A DNA stretch of 64,000 bases, taken from NCBI GenBank assembly GCA_004431415.1, contig QPMI01000658.1:62001-126000 (forward strand), read 5' to 3'. This DNA comes from Cyanophora paradoxa CCMP329. Taxonomy: Eukaryota; Plantae; Glaucophyta. A program made the translations under genes and the position numbers. The notes under the pieces were generated by a model, which was not told the origin of the DNA, ran no database searches, and saw only the letters and a program-made list of their open reading frames with translations. Below are positions 41,665-54,520 of this stretch, one piece after another (position 1 is the first letter of the stretch; every line of letters begins with the position of its first letter).

Positions 41665-44515
41665 ATGTCGAACACTTCTGAACTGATCAGTTCTGAAGTC
41701 CGTAGCCAGCTGTCCGCACTTGCGCACGTTGAGCCTGCGAAGGCCGAACTTGCTGTGCAGCTCGCTGGCACCGCCGCTGCGGCGGAGGATGATCCCGCGC
41801 GGATCGCCTTCCTCCCCGCGAAGCCGCGCCTCGCCGACGGTGACCGGTTCCGGAAGGATGTCCGGAACTTCCAGTCGGCTCAGCCGACGAAGTATCTCTT
41901 TGGCCCGGACACTGCCGGCGGCCAGGAGTATACTAAGTCTGAGGCGCTTGCCGGAGTGATCGTCGGGCGCATCCGCCCCGGCGCCTCCGCGCCGAGATTG
42001 AGCGTAAGCGCGACCTCTATGAGGCCTCTATTGCTGGCCTGGAGCGTGACCGCGCCCTGCTCGCTCGTCTCGAACTTGTCCCGGCTGATCTGCGGACTGC
42101 CGAGGATGAGGCTGCAATCTTGGCGCTGCAGCAGAGCTGCGCGCGCGATCATGCCACTATCGTGGCCGTGCGTGACTCGTACTTGCGTGCCCCCGGGCTC
42201 CTCGCGACGATCACGGCATGGATTCATGAGACGCGCCCGCACGCGGCCCGCCGGGCTCTCACTGAGCCCTACACGGGCGAGGACCCGCGCTCATGGCATG
42301 ACTGGTTCATGCCCCTAGTGCAGCACACGCTGCCCCAGGGCCAGCGCCTCGCCGTGTACTATGCGGAGTGTCTGCGCACTGCGCTCGAGGCCCGCTCGAC
42401 GAGCGAGGACCCGGAATATCAGAACCTCGATGTTCGGATGGCCGGGTTCGCCCAGGCGAACGAGCGCACTCTGCGCGCGTTCCTCGCCGCGCTGCAGCAG
42501 CGCATCCTTGCACAGGACGGCGCCCTGTCGCCGCTCCAGCTCGACGAAATCTTCGTCGCAGCGTGCAAGACGCACGGCTGCCGCACCGTGCTGCCCCCCA
42601 CGGCCACGGCCGCGCTCGAGGCGCCGGAGGCTAAGAAGCCCCGCGTGCGCAAGCTGGCGCCGGTAGCGGCCGCCGCCAGCGACGACGACGGCGACGAGCC
42701 CATCGAGGCCGTGCCCGTCAAGTCCGTCAATGCGGCCCCGGGCACGAAGGCTCCGCAGGGCGCGCCCGTCGCGGGTCGCCGGCACCCCGACGAGGAGCGC
42801 CTGGGGTACCCGAGCACGACCACGTCCCCATGCCCCTGTGCATGCACGTGGAGATGCCGGCCCTCGACCGCTGCCACTTTACGTGGAACTGCGTGTGGGG
42901 CACGGCCCCCTTCCCCAATATCCCATACTCCGAGTGGGTGAAAGGGATTGCGGATAAGCGCGCGCGGCGCCGCGATCGGCCGGCGCGCGAGGAGGATGCC
43001 GCCGATGAGCGCAGCGAGCCCGGCCCGACCCGCGGCGGGTTCTCGCACCGCGGCGGGCACCGCCAGGAGCCGTACGCCCGCGGCGGCTACCGCAACGACC
43101 GCGGCGGCTTCGGCCGGGACCGCGGCGGCGGCTACAGCCGGGGCGGCGCCACCCGCGCCCCTGCCTCCGGCCCGAACCAGCGCCCGCTGGGGAAGGGCAA
43201 GGAGAAGAGCGCCCAGGACGACCGTGAGCCGGGCTGCTGGACCTGCGGGTCTCTGGACCACATCCGCCGGGACTGCCCGGACGCTGAGTCACAGGGCCGC
43301 GGCGGACGCGGCCGGGGCTACGGCCAGGACATGAACCGCGGGCAGCGGCCCCGGTTCAACCAAGTTCGCGCCGAGAACGAGCCCCGCTCTGACTCGCCGA
43401 ACTCGGCCGCCATGGCTGCATTCTTCCAGCACCTGCAGGTGATGCAGCAGCAGGCCGCCCTGCACGAGAGCGCGCGTGGCGCCAGCTCCTCGTCTGCAGG
43501 CGGCAACCCGAACGCCGGCGCCCCTCCGGGCGGCCCGTCCATTCGGTCGCTGTCTGTGATGCCCGTGGGCACGGATTCCGACTCGGACGAGGCTGCGGCC
43601 GTTGCAGCGGTCCGCCAGCCGTCCGACGCCCTCGCCATGGCCGCCAAGGCGCGCGACCAGGCCGCCTTCGATGCCGCTGCGGCGGACATCTCGGCTGGCG
43701 CCCTCGACGATGCCACTCGCGAGGCTGCGTTCGAGCGGGACCTCCGCTGCGCCAACCCGGCCAGCGAGGACGGCTCCGGGGAGTCCGAGCTTGGGGAGAG
43801 CGACGCCGAGCGGCTCGACACGGACTCCGAGTCCGCCCCGAGCTCCGACCCTGGCCAGGGCTCCGCGCCCTACGCCAGCGACACCTCGAAGCCCGCCTAT
43901 TTCGGGCCGTTCGGTTCTCCGGACCGCGACGTGCCCCAGGCACCACCCCGGTGCTCCACGAAGTCGTGGGCACTGGATTACATGCCGTATGACCACGTGC
44001 CTGCCACGGACGTGGAGAAAGAGGGCGAGCGCGAGGGCGGGCCCTACTTGCCCCGCTACGCGAGCCCGGTGCTCATGCCGCTCACAAAGTGGTACGCCCA
44101 CTTGACGGCCAAGCCCCGTGACCTAGAGCGCGCCATTGGGCTGCTCTTCACGAACGGCCTCGACGACGCGAAGCAGACGCTGCTCGTTCGCGAACTCGCC
44201 CAGGAGGGCCCGAAAGGCATAGTCCTTGACCGGTTCCTGGGGGCCTGCGGCCTGCGGCGCCCCGAGCGCCTGCTGCTGGGTCGCCTGGCTCACCGCACCG
44301 AGGCTCACTCCCTCGCCTGCGTGATCGAGGCTGCGGCGACGATCGCCAAGCTCGATTACCGCCTCCAGGAGGGCCCCGATTCGAGCATTGCGATGCTCGC
44401 AATCCGCGGTGCCCAACTCAGCCACCCCGTCACAAGTGCTCGGGTATTGGCTCGGCCCCTGATCCTGAGGATCTTTGGCCCGACGACCCCAATGAGCTCG
44501 ACGTCGCCTCGCTGA
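41665..44515 (+). CDS. gag: Gag-like region (frameshifted) with RGG-rich segment and CCHC zinc knuckle
   Basis: CWTCGSLDHIRRDC at 43235-43276; first ATG after the PBS is at 41665; pieces lie in three frames. Confidence 0.75.
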
Positions 44516-44519
44516 AAGC

Positions 44520-47500
44520 TTGGGACGACATGCTCTTGTCGTGGGAGCGGCACGCGCCCGCCTCGAACGTCTGGGCCTCGCCTCAGACTCGAGCGCACTG
44601 CCGGACAGCGAGCGTTTACCGCTGCTATCCCTGCTCATTTCGTCGGCGTACCTGCTCGCTCAGCCGGGCCTGAAATGGCCGGGGATCCAGCACCTGCAGG
44701 TCGAACCGAACGGCGACCCGCGGTTCGACATTACGCCCGACGGGAACGTCTCCCGTACCGTGACGGGCTACCACGCCATGCGCACAGCGCTCGCTGCGGC
44801 TCGCGAACTCCTCGACGAGGATTCCGACTTCCACGCTTACTGCGTGCAGCTTGTGCTTGCCATAATCCGTTTCCGGACCCTTACGGTGCTGCCGGGCGCA
44901 CTCGGATTCGAGAAGGGCAGCCTTTTCGCGTGGATTAGCCCTAAGGACGTGGCCCCGCCACTGTCGCTGTTCCAAACATACACGGAGCGGCTGACTGAGG
45001 TTGCCGGAGCCACGTGCTTCGACACGCGCGCCAAGGGCACCGTCCCCGAGCGCGTTATCGCCATGCAAAACAGCCGCCGCGCTCGCTGCATGGCCGGGGA
45101 GCCGCCGCTCGTGAACCTGTCCGAGCTGGTGCAGCACGGCTCAGACCTTGAGGGGTTCCGGGCCATCAAGTTGCTCCCCGCGTCGCCGTGCGCCGCCTGG
45201 CCAGGATCCTCGACCTGCGCCGCCCCACGGAGTTCAGCAGCTTGCTGTTCTCCGACTGGCTCATGGGCCTGGGGACCTATCACGCCGCCCCACGGTCGTG
45301 GTAGACAGCCCCGTCGGCCCCGGCGAAGGGCTCCGGTTCCGGGAATTCCCGAATGCCGACCCCCTCATGCTTGGACCGAGTGTTGAAGCGTTCTACGATC
45401 GCTCCTACCCGATCACTCGCCGCGGGCGGTGCTGTGACTACGATGTCATTGAGCTGCTGGCATCCCGCACTGTCCCCGTGAGGGCCGTGGCCCGCTCCCT
45501 GGCGGCGTCCGTGACTCGAGCGAGTACTCATGGCTCGTGAACGCCCTCCACGGCGAGTTCTCTGCCGCGAACCGCTGGGGTGAAATGCACCGTAGCATTT
45601 TCACCTGGGTTTGCTACTGCATCTCGCAGTCCGGCGTCCGCGCCGTTGCTCTGCTCGAAAAGCCGCGCGACCGCGTGCGCTTGATGCTGGGCGAGGTACG
45701 CCGCCGCTTCACGGCCAAGCGCTCGTACCGTCCGGTCTGGGATGAGTTCGATGACGACCTCCAGACCAGCGACCGCATGGCTCGCGAGGTCGCCGAGCGT
45801 GAGGCCGCCGCCGGCCGCCGTGGCCGCGGCAAGGGCAAGGTCGACGAAACGACCTCTGCCGCCAAGCCCGCTCGCACCCGCGGCACCAGCCGCCGGCCCG
45901 CCCCCGCCAAGCCGGCAAATGCCGAGGCCGAGGGCGAAGGGAAGCGGAAGAGGGCCCCGGCACGCCCTCTCCTGACCCCATGGAGTCCGATGAGAGCGCT
46001 GGCGTCGACAACGACACGCGCGAGAGGATGCGGCACGCGCTCTTTGTCCGTGCGGGCATTGACGCCCACCTCTTCGAGCTCATCGGCTGCCCCAGCCCCT
46101 CTAGCCGTTGGCCGACTCAGGTCGAGCACATGTGGCTCGCCAACAGCGGCCTGCAGCCGGCTCAAAACCCGGTCACGCTGCACATCGCTCCCGACCCGGA
46201 GCTCGCCGCCTGGCTCGAAGCTGAAGCGGCCCAGCCGCCCTGGCGCCGCTTCGCCTGGTTCCATGAGAACCCCGACCGCCCCCAGTGGGAGCGGCTGGAA
46301 ATCGTCATGCCGAACCGCCACCCGGCGAACATTCGCATGCTGAAGCGCGCTGTCGCTTCCTTCGAGCTCGCCGCCTCCAGCGCCGGCTTGCTCGTGCCGC
46401 TGCCGACCTGCCGGCCGACACCACGCAGTGGAATGCCCTTCACTGGGACGCGTTCTTCATCGATCGCTTTGAGCTGCATGTGTCGCACCTGCCCCGTACT
46501 ATGTCGAGGGACGCTGGCGCTCTTCCGCCAACACGGGCCCGACCCTCTCTGAGGTTGTCGCCCCAGTCCCCAGCCATGCGCGCTGGATGCTGTCCTGCCT
46601 AGACAGCGGTCGCACCGGACCGGGCATCACGCCCTTCGTCCGCGCGAGCAGCAGAAGCTGCCGGACGACGTTAGCTATTTCTATGACATGGTTAACGCCT
46701 CGCACCCGGGTGCGAGGAGCTCGTCCGTACGCTCGCCCCGGCGTACCCGGCAAACCTCGAAATTCCCGAGGTCGTCCAGCGCGAGGCCGCAAAGGACGAC
46801 TCGGATTCGTGGCTGGCCACCAGTTACCGCTGCTACGACACCGTCGTCGAAGGCGCTAATTGGCTGCTGGGCGAGATCCACGAGGCCCGAATTGGCGGCA
46901 ACGCCCCAATTCGCTCCCTTCCCTTTGTGCAGTGGCTCGACAACTGGGAAGGCGAGGCCCGCCGTAGCGAAGCCGATCGCGACGCTGAGGGCGACGTGCC
47001 CATGGCCAGCTCCTCAGCTGCGCCTGTCGCCGGACCGTCCGGGTCTCCACTGCTACGGCCACGCCGGCGGCACCTGCTGCTGGGCCCGCACGTGGTACGA
47101 CGGCACGCCCGAGCGCGTCCGGTACTGCGACAAGTACTGCGTGCTGCTGCCCGACCCGCTCGGCGGTAGCCCGGCCCGCAATCCGACGGCCGAGCAGTAC
47201 CCGTGGGCTGCTATTCCGCGGCTCGTGCCGCTCACCCTCGGCGAGAACGGGCCGCCCGACGCGCCCTGCGTGAATGCGACTGCCCCAGTCGTCACGCGTT
47301 TCCACCCGAACGCGCTCGACGCTGATGCAGCCATGCACTGCCTTGCCTCCACGCTCATCGCAAACGTCGAGGGCCATAACCGCGGCATCCCCGCCGCGGT
47401 AATGTTGTATGGCCCGCCCGTGCCACCGGCACCGACGTCCATGCAAGGCACCGACGTTCAGGGCTTGCCCTACGTCGCGGCGATGATGGGGCTCGACGAG

Positions 47501-50500
47501 TCCATCATGCAGTGGGTCGCGTCGGAGCCCACTCCCGCAAACCGCCTCGATGGGCCGATCACGCGCGCCTACTCGGTGCTGAACACCGCCCTGCACCACA
47601 CGTGCCGCCAGGCGTTTGCGTACCTCGCTCGCCCGCACACGTTCGAGGCGCCCATCGGGGTCAACCGCGCCAAGCGTGGGCAGCGCTTGGTCGTGTTCCA
47701 CGAGCCCCGCTTCGGCAGGGGCTTCGGCATCCGTGGCGTCGCCCAGCCCGATGCCCGGGTCCGCGGCCTCCTGCCAGGCACCCCGATCCAGACGGGCGAG
47801 AAGCACGTGAGCACTGAGCTCGACGTGAACAACGTCGATGTCATGGGCGATCCCGTCGGCACGAATGCCACGCGCTGCTCGCTTGGTCCTGCCCACGTGG
47901 CCATGCAGCACGCCCCGCCCTCCGAGGCGCGTCGCCAGTACGACCGCCTCCCTCGGCGCGTGTTCGTGCTCGGATTCGAGCGGCCCCGCCCGCTCGTCGA
48001 TCCGAAGGACCGCGGGCACCGGAAGTACCCGGTTGTCTGCCCGGGCGTGCAGAAGCACGGACCCACGTGGTCCCCGTTGCCGCCCCGGGAGTTCGTCGCA
48101 TCCCTGCTTGCGGGGTATGTGAACAGCATGGCTGCCTGGGTGCTGGGGCACGAGCTGCCCGACCAGCCCCGGCCCGCGCCGACCACGGGATTCAACCCCC
48201 AAATGCACATTGTGGGGCCGACGGCCATATACGAGTTCATGTGGTCCACCTGCTACCGCGCCGACCCGGCCACTCGTTCCGCGGCCGAGGCAGCAGCTGG
48301 GGCCCATGCACGTTCCGCTGACGGCGACGAGCTTTACGCCGTCCTGCAGCACCTCAAGAGCGGCCAGCTCGGCGAGTCGATTGACGAGACCGCAGCTCTC
48401 GTCATCGCCTCTCAGCTCCCGCTGACAACGGCGTTCTGGCTCTCGATGCCAGATCTGCCGCGCCCCAACGCCACGCATACGTCCTGGCTGGACAACGCGG
48501 CAGACGCCAGCAAGCGCCTCTCGGACGCCCTGCTGCAGATCTGGGGCCTGCCGGCGACGAAGCAGCTGCGCGCTGTTCTCGCCAAGTACGAGCAGGAGGA
48601 CGAGCCCCTCCTCTCCGTCCGCCGCCTTGAGCGCATCCTGCCCGCTCGGGTAGCGGCGCACGGCATGCGCCCGTACTGCCACGTCGAGCGCGATACGTGG
48701 GCCGCCAGGCACCTCGTTGCTGGCGCGACGCTCGCGGGCCAGGAGCCCATCGCCTCGGCTCTCCTGAACTGGGTTCAGAAGATCCATGACGTCCTCTGGC
48801 CCATCTTCACGGGCGTGAAGGCGAAGCGGATTATGGTCTCCGACCTCTATCCCGCCCCTGCCCTGGACACTGTCGCCCAGCAAGGCGCGGCGCCGTTCCC
48901 TGCGCCCCCCGAGGCCAGCGACCTCGGCGACACGGTGGCGGCAATCACGCCGTTCCACTACCGGCTGCGCGCCGAGCTGCTCCAGAACTGGAACGGGTAC
49001 ACGGCAGAGGATCTGCCCCCGAGCTTGCGCGCCCAGCAGCAGGCCGACCACGCCGTGGCAGCGGCCGCCCCGGCGAAGCCTGCGGCATCGTCCTCTGCCT
49101 CGGGCACCACGGGCTCTGGCTCCCGCGAGCCCAGCCCTGCCCCCAAGCGCTCGGCCACGCCCTCGCCCTCGAGGAAGAAGAGCGAGCCAAAGCGCGAGCG
49201 CTCCCGCGACCGCCGCGGGCGCCGCCAGAGCCGCGAGGCCGCCGCTTCCCGCGAGCGCACCGAGTCGCCCCGGCAGGAGTCGTCGAGCTCGCCTGCCCCG
49301 ACGCGCACGCAGCCGCCGGGCGCCACCGGCCAGCGCCGCGAGCGGCCGCGTATCCTGCAGGGCAGTCGCGTGACCGTTCGCGGCACCGTGCCCAGCGCCT
49401 CGTCTACGGGACCTGAGTCCCTCGACCTGGCCGACATGGACGACGCCGAATTCACTGCCTATGCCCGCCAGCATGGCCTTGAGTTCGAGCCGGACCCGGC
49501 CGAGGACACGCGCCAGCGCCTCCTCGCCGAGGCTGAGCGCCGCAGCAAGCGCGCCCGCGTTGCTGCCCAGTCCACCGCGGAATTGGCCCCCGCGCCGTTC
49601 CCGTACCCGTACCCGGCGTCGATGGGCCCGCCCCCGCCGCGCGTACCCGGCTGGGGGTTGCCGCCGCCCCCACTCTTGCCGCAAATCGCCGGCCCGCACG
49701 GCTATTACTGGCCGCACGGCCTCATGTACCCGCCTGCGGGTCCCGCGGCCAGCCCGAGCTCCGGCCAGGCCCCGCCGGCCACGGACGAGAATGTGGGCAG
49801 TGCCCACTACCAGGCCGCCAAGAACTGGCGCGCGCGGCTGCGGCTCCTGCTCGAGCGCAATGCCCAGCCGGCCGTCTTGTCTGAAATGCTCGATGAGATT
49901 GCCACGGCCGCGGGCCATGATCTCACCGGCACCACCTTGCCGAGCGGCGCCTCTTGGGCGGCACGGAACGCCGCTGCGACGGTGTGGGCCGCAAATTACC
50001 CGGGCATGGAGCAGTTCGACCGCATTGAAGCTGAACTGCTGCGCCTCATTGGCCTCGCCCAGGAGGCCAAAGCCGAGGGCCGCTGCCGCCCCGCCCACCG
50101 CGCCATTCTCCGTATCTACGGCGATGGTGACGATGAGGATGACTTCGCGACGCGCGCTGCACTGCAGCCGCGGGCCATCGCCGAGCGCGCCTTGGCCTCC
50201 GCCGCTGCCAGCAGCGAGCCGACGCCAGTCGTCGACGGAGCGGATCGCAAGTCCTCCGCCGCTCCGACGAGCCGCTCCGAGGGGCTCCACGCCCGCTCCA
50301 GCAAGCAGCGCGCCGCGCTGCACTTCCAGGCTCCTGAGCCTGACGAACTCGTGGGCTACGGCCCCGACCGCCCCACGGACCTCGCGGTCCCGGAGTCCCC
50401 GGATGGCGCGCCCGACGGCCGCCTGAACGCCCCGGTCCCGATCGCGAAAGTTATCGACGGGATCAACGGTCTCCCGCACGATTTCCGGCGCCTGCTCCTG

Positions 50501-50812
50501 CAGTGCCCGGGCTTCGTCTATGCCTTGCATGCCGACGGCACGCTCGGCGAGAGCACGCGCGTCAAATTCATTTTTGACACTGGCGCAATGGGAGACGTTG
50601 GCGAGAAAAAGCACATGCCGCCCGGCACGCGCTACACGGGTGTGAAGGTCCTCCGGGCCTTCCTTCACCACGCCACGATCACGGCTGAGATTGCTCATGT
50701 CGTGCTGCGCTTCGGCGACGTGTACGTCTCGCGAGCGGTGTACGTCGTCCCTGACGGCTCGCTTGGCCCGAGCGGACCAGGCCCCGACGCTCGCCGTCGG
50801 GCCGGCGCCTGA
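44520..50812 (+). CDS. Large unassigned polyprotein segment ending in an aspartic protease (frameshifted; includes the 1374-codon ORF 46688-50812)
   Basis: Sense-strand GC3-rich coding pattern; protease motif KFIFDTGA near 50564-50587. Confidence 0.65.
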
Positions 50813-51856
50813 CTCCCTGTCAGCGCTCGGGGTACTCGCGCCCCACCAGTTGCACCGCCGGCCTGCCGAGGGCGGCAGCCTGCACGTGCGACTAGTAAAT
50901 CCCGCCAATGAGCCCGTCCTGCTTCCCGCCGGGGCCATTGTAGCGGTGGCGGAGGCTAATAACCTGCCGCCCGGCGACTTTGGGTTCGACCCGCCGCCCG
51001 ACGACGCGTCGGCGCGCACCGTCGCCGACTCTTTCATTCGCACGCTGCGAGCCTTCTACCCTAAGCGAGGGCAAGGCTTCCGCGCGATGCGCCGCCGAGC
51101 CAATCAAACGGCTGCGGCTTACACGGCAGCTGAGGGCACCACGCCGCCCCAGCACCCTGCTCCAGGGCCTATTTTCGCGGCACCCGCCGCCCGGCAGTCC
51201 GAAGCGACTGTAGCCACCGAGCAGGAGCCTGCGCCGAGCGCGCCTCCCTTGTTCGTCCGCATGCTGCGCGACGACGGCGGTGAGGGCGAAGACGTCCCCA
51301 TTGTCACAATGGAGGGCCTCGCGCTTTGTGACGAGCCCGTGTCCTCGGACACCGACTCTGAGCGCGAGCGCGAGGACGGGTACCTTGGCTGGACCTCGCC
51401 AGAGGAGCGCGAGCGCACCAGGCCCGCCCGCCGCGCTGAACGCGCCGCACGCCGCCGCGCCCACGCGGCTCGCGCTGCACGCCAGGGGCTAACGCAGTCC
51501 CCACCAATCCCTCCGGGAATCAAATAAATCTCGCTGCCGAGGCAGCTGAGCCGCCGGCGCCCTCGCCGAGCGGGGCCGCTCGCCCGCCTGCACCGGCGCC
51601 AGCACCGCTGGAAGGCCCTGGCTGCTCTGTCCGGACAACGGAAGCGCCCGCGCCCTCCGTAGCCGAGTCCTCCGCCGCGCGCGGCAAGGACAAGGGCAAG
51701 GCGCCGCTGCGAGCCGCCCCTCCGGGCCCCGCGCCTGGCCCCTCCCACGGTGGCGCCCCGCGGGCACCGCCGGAAGCGACGGGGACGTCGTCTTCCGAAG
51801 AGGAGGAGTGGAACCGTGCACGCGCGAAGATCCCGGAATGCGGCTCGCATCCGGCG

Positions 51857-53362
51857 ATGAGCGCTACGGAACGCGCCGAGCTAGAGGCTCTGCTGAAGCG
51901 CTACTCGTGCGCGTTCGCCGACTCGGTCGCGGCCACTGAGGGCACGGCCAATCTCCTCCATTACGAGCACGTGATCCGATTGACCTCACGGCTGCCCGTC
52001 TTCACGCCCCCGCGGCGTGTAAGCCCGCACGCCGAGGCCTTCGCCCGTGACGAAATAAAGCGGCTCCTTGAGCTGGGCCTGATCCAGCCCTCGCAAGCCG
52101 CCTATGGCTCGCCGGTCGTGCTCGCTCCTAAGAAGGACGGCACCTGGCGGTTCTGCGTCGATTACCGACGCTTAAATGCGATCACCGAGCGCGACGTCTT
52201 TCCCTTGCCACGGATTGACGATCAGCTGGACCGCCTGCGGGGGTCCATGATCTTCTCGACCGTCGACGCGACGGCGGGATTCTGGCAGCTGCCGCTGGAC
52301 CCCGCGTCCCGGCAGTACACGGCCTTCGTGGTGCCCTGGGGCCACTACGAGTGGCGCGTGACCCCGTTCGGCGTGACCAACGGGCCGGCCGCCTTCTCGC
52401 GCGCCGTGACGGCCATCCTCGGCCCCCTGCTCACGACTTGCGTCACCGCGTATATCGACGATATCACGGTGTTCTCGCCAAGCGTGCCCCAGCACCTGCT
52501 GGACCTCGAGGCCCTGTTCCGCGCTATCATGCCGGCGAACTTGCGCCTGAAGCCCTCCAAGTGCCGCTTCGGGGTGGCGGAGGTGGCCTTGCTCGGGCAC
52601 CTCGTCTCGGCCGAAGGGATCCGCCAGGACCCCGCGAAGCTGGCGTTCATTCGCCAGTACCCGCCGCCTGCGAACGCTGACCAATTGAGGTCGTTCCTGG
52701 GCTTGGCTGGGTACTACCGGCGTTTCGTGAACGGGTTCGCCCGTGTCACCCACCCGCTGCAGCGCCTGCTGCTTCGGGACGCCGCGTGGCAATGGACCGA
52801 GGTCCACCAAGCCGCCTTCGAGGCGCTGAAGGCCGCCCTGCTCGAGGATCTGGTACTTGGGTACCCGGATTTCGAGCGGCCCTTCATCCTGTCGACCGAC
52901 GCGTCGACGTACGCCATCGGCGCGATCCTGTCGCAATCCGATGGCGGCTCGCCCGTCCGTGAGCGGCCCATCGCGTTCATCAGTCGAACGCTGGCGCCCG
53001 CTGAGCGGAATTACACCGCCACCGAGCTCGAGTGCCTAGCGGTTGTATGGGCAATAAAGTACTGGCGGCACTTCCTCCTGGGAGGGCCCCAGTTCCTGGT
53101 CCGGACGGACCACCATGCGCTCCAGTGGTTGCGCTCGCGCGAGGCGACCTCGGGAAGGCTGGGACGCTGGTCCCTCCTCCTGCAGTCCTACGACTTTGTC
53201 GTAGAGTACCGCGCGGGGCGCAACAACGGAGGGCCCGACGCCTGCTCGCGGCCCCCACTGAACCACCCGGTTCTCGCGCCCGGCGGCGCCGACGGCAGCT
53301 CGGCCGCGCCCGACGCGCTGGCCGGCGCCACGGGCACGGCGTGCCCAGCCCGGCGACCTTGA
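51857..53362 (+). CDS. pol: Ty3/Gypsy reverse transcriptase + RNase H
   Basis: SPVVLAPKKDG..RFCVDYRRLN, FPLPRIDD, GFWQ, PFGVTNGP, YIDD, FLGLAGYYRRF, TDAS, ELECLAV, TDHHAL. Confidence 0.97.
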   Translation: MSATERAELEALLKRYSCAFADSVAATEGTANLLHYEHVIRLTSRLPVFTPPRRVSPHAEAFARDEIKRLLELGLIQPSQAAYGSPVVLAPKKDGTWRFCVDYRRLNAITERDVFPLPRIDDQLDRLRGSMIFSTVDATAGFWQLPLDPASRQYTAFVVPWGHYEWRVTPFGVTNGPAAFSRAVTAILGPLLTTCVTAYIDDITVFSPSVPQHLLDLEALFRAIMPANLRLKPSKCRFGVAEVALLGHLVSAEGIRQDPAKLAFIRQYPPPANADQLRSFLGLAGYYRRFVNGFARVTHPLQRLLLRDAAWQWTEVHQAAFEALKAALLEDLVLGYPDFERPFILSTDASTYAIGAILSQSDGGSPVRERPIAFISRTLAPAERNYTATELECLAVVWAIKYWRHFLLGGPQFLVRTDHHALQWLRSREATSGRLGRWSLLLQSYDFVVEYRAGRNNGGPDACSRPPLNHPVLAPGGADGSSAAPDALAGATGTACPARRP

Positions 53363-54520
53363 CGAGCCTCTGCCGCTGTTTGCAGTCGCTCACGCCGCCG
53401 AAGGCGCTGCGGAGGCCCGGGTAGCGGTGGAGGCCCCGCCGGGCCCCCGCCTGACCGAGCTCGCCGACGAGCCGGCCGAGGCCGCGCCGCCGGCCCCCGC
53501 GTCAGCGTCCGAGCCCGCCGAGGCCGCGGCGCCCGCGGCTCCGCCCAGCCGGGCGGAGATCCTCGTCGCGCGGCGACAGGCCCGCCTCCGGCGCCAGCTC
53601 GCCTTCGAGGGCGCTCCCGCCGCAAGGCGGGACGTCCAGCCCGCCCAGGGGCCGCGTCCGCGTCGGACGCGCGCGCCGCCTGAGGCTTTCCAGGAGGGCT
53701 CTGACGACGAGCCCGTCCCCCTGCCCGCGCGCGCGCCCGAGCCGCGTCGGCGCGCGCCGAGGCTGAGCCCGCGGGGGCCCGGCGCCGCCCGAGCCCCGAG
53801 CTCCTGCCGCGGGGCAGGAAGCGCCCCTGCCAGCGGCGCCGGCGCTGCCGCAGGCCGGTCCGCCCACTCGGCGCGGCCAGAAGCCCACCACCTGGGCTGA
53901 GGTGCGCCAAGGGGTGGACGAGTGGCACCGCCTCGCCGTCGCGCAAGGCCTGCCCCCGGCCCCGCGCTCTCCGAGCCCGCCGCCGGCGCCCGAGTCCGAC
54001 CCGATGGAGCTGGGCTCCGATGGCGAGGCTGCGCCGCCTGTGCCCGAGCCTGAGGCCCCGCGCCAGGCGCAGGAGCCCGAGCTCGACGAGGACGGGTTCC
54101 CCGTGGCCCTCCTCGAGCACGTACGTCGTCGGTTCCCTCTAGGGCCGCGGCGCTACGAGGGGCCCGTCGCGCCCTGCCGCGCGACCTGCGACCGCCTGAG
54201 GCCCCGCGCCCGGGCAAGACGCCCCGCAAGGCGGACAACCCGCGCCACTGGCGCTGCGGCCCGCCGCTGTACCCTCACCAGGACGACCCTGATGAGGGGC
54301 CCGAGGGCGGCGCCCCGGCGGCGTCGTCCTCCGCGGCCGCGTCGACCGCCGCCGCGACGGCCGGCTCCTCTGAGCCGCCGGCCGCCTCCGAGGCGCCCTC
54401 AAGCGGCGACGCCGGCTCGAGTGGCGGCCCGGCCGCAGGCCTCGAGCGAGAGGTCCTCTCGTCCAGCGCTATCGCCCCGGCCCTGAGCTGGGCGAGGTCC
54501 GAGACCGCCGCAAGCCGCGC

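Noticed and set aside
46856-51043. 1395-aa antisense ORF (also 54677-56188 and the many Arg/Ala/Pro-rich ORFs from 30600 to 64000)
   Set aside because: Expected shadow ORFs of GC3-rich sense coding; no motifs.
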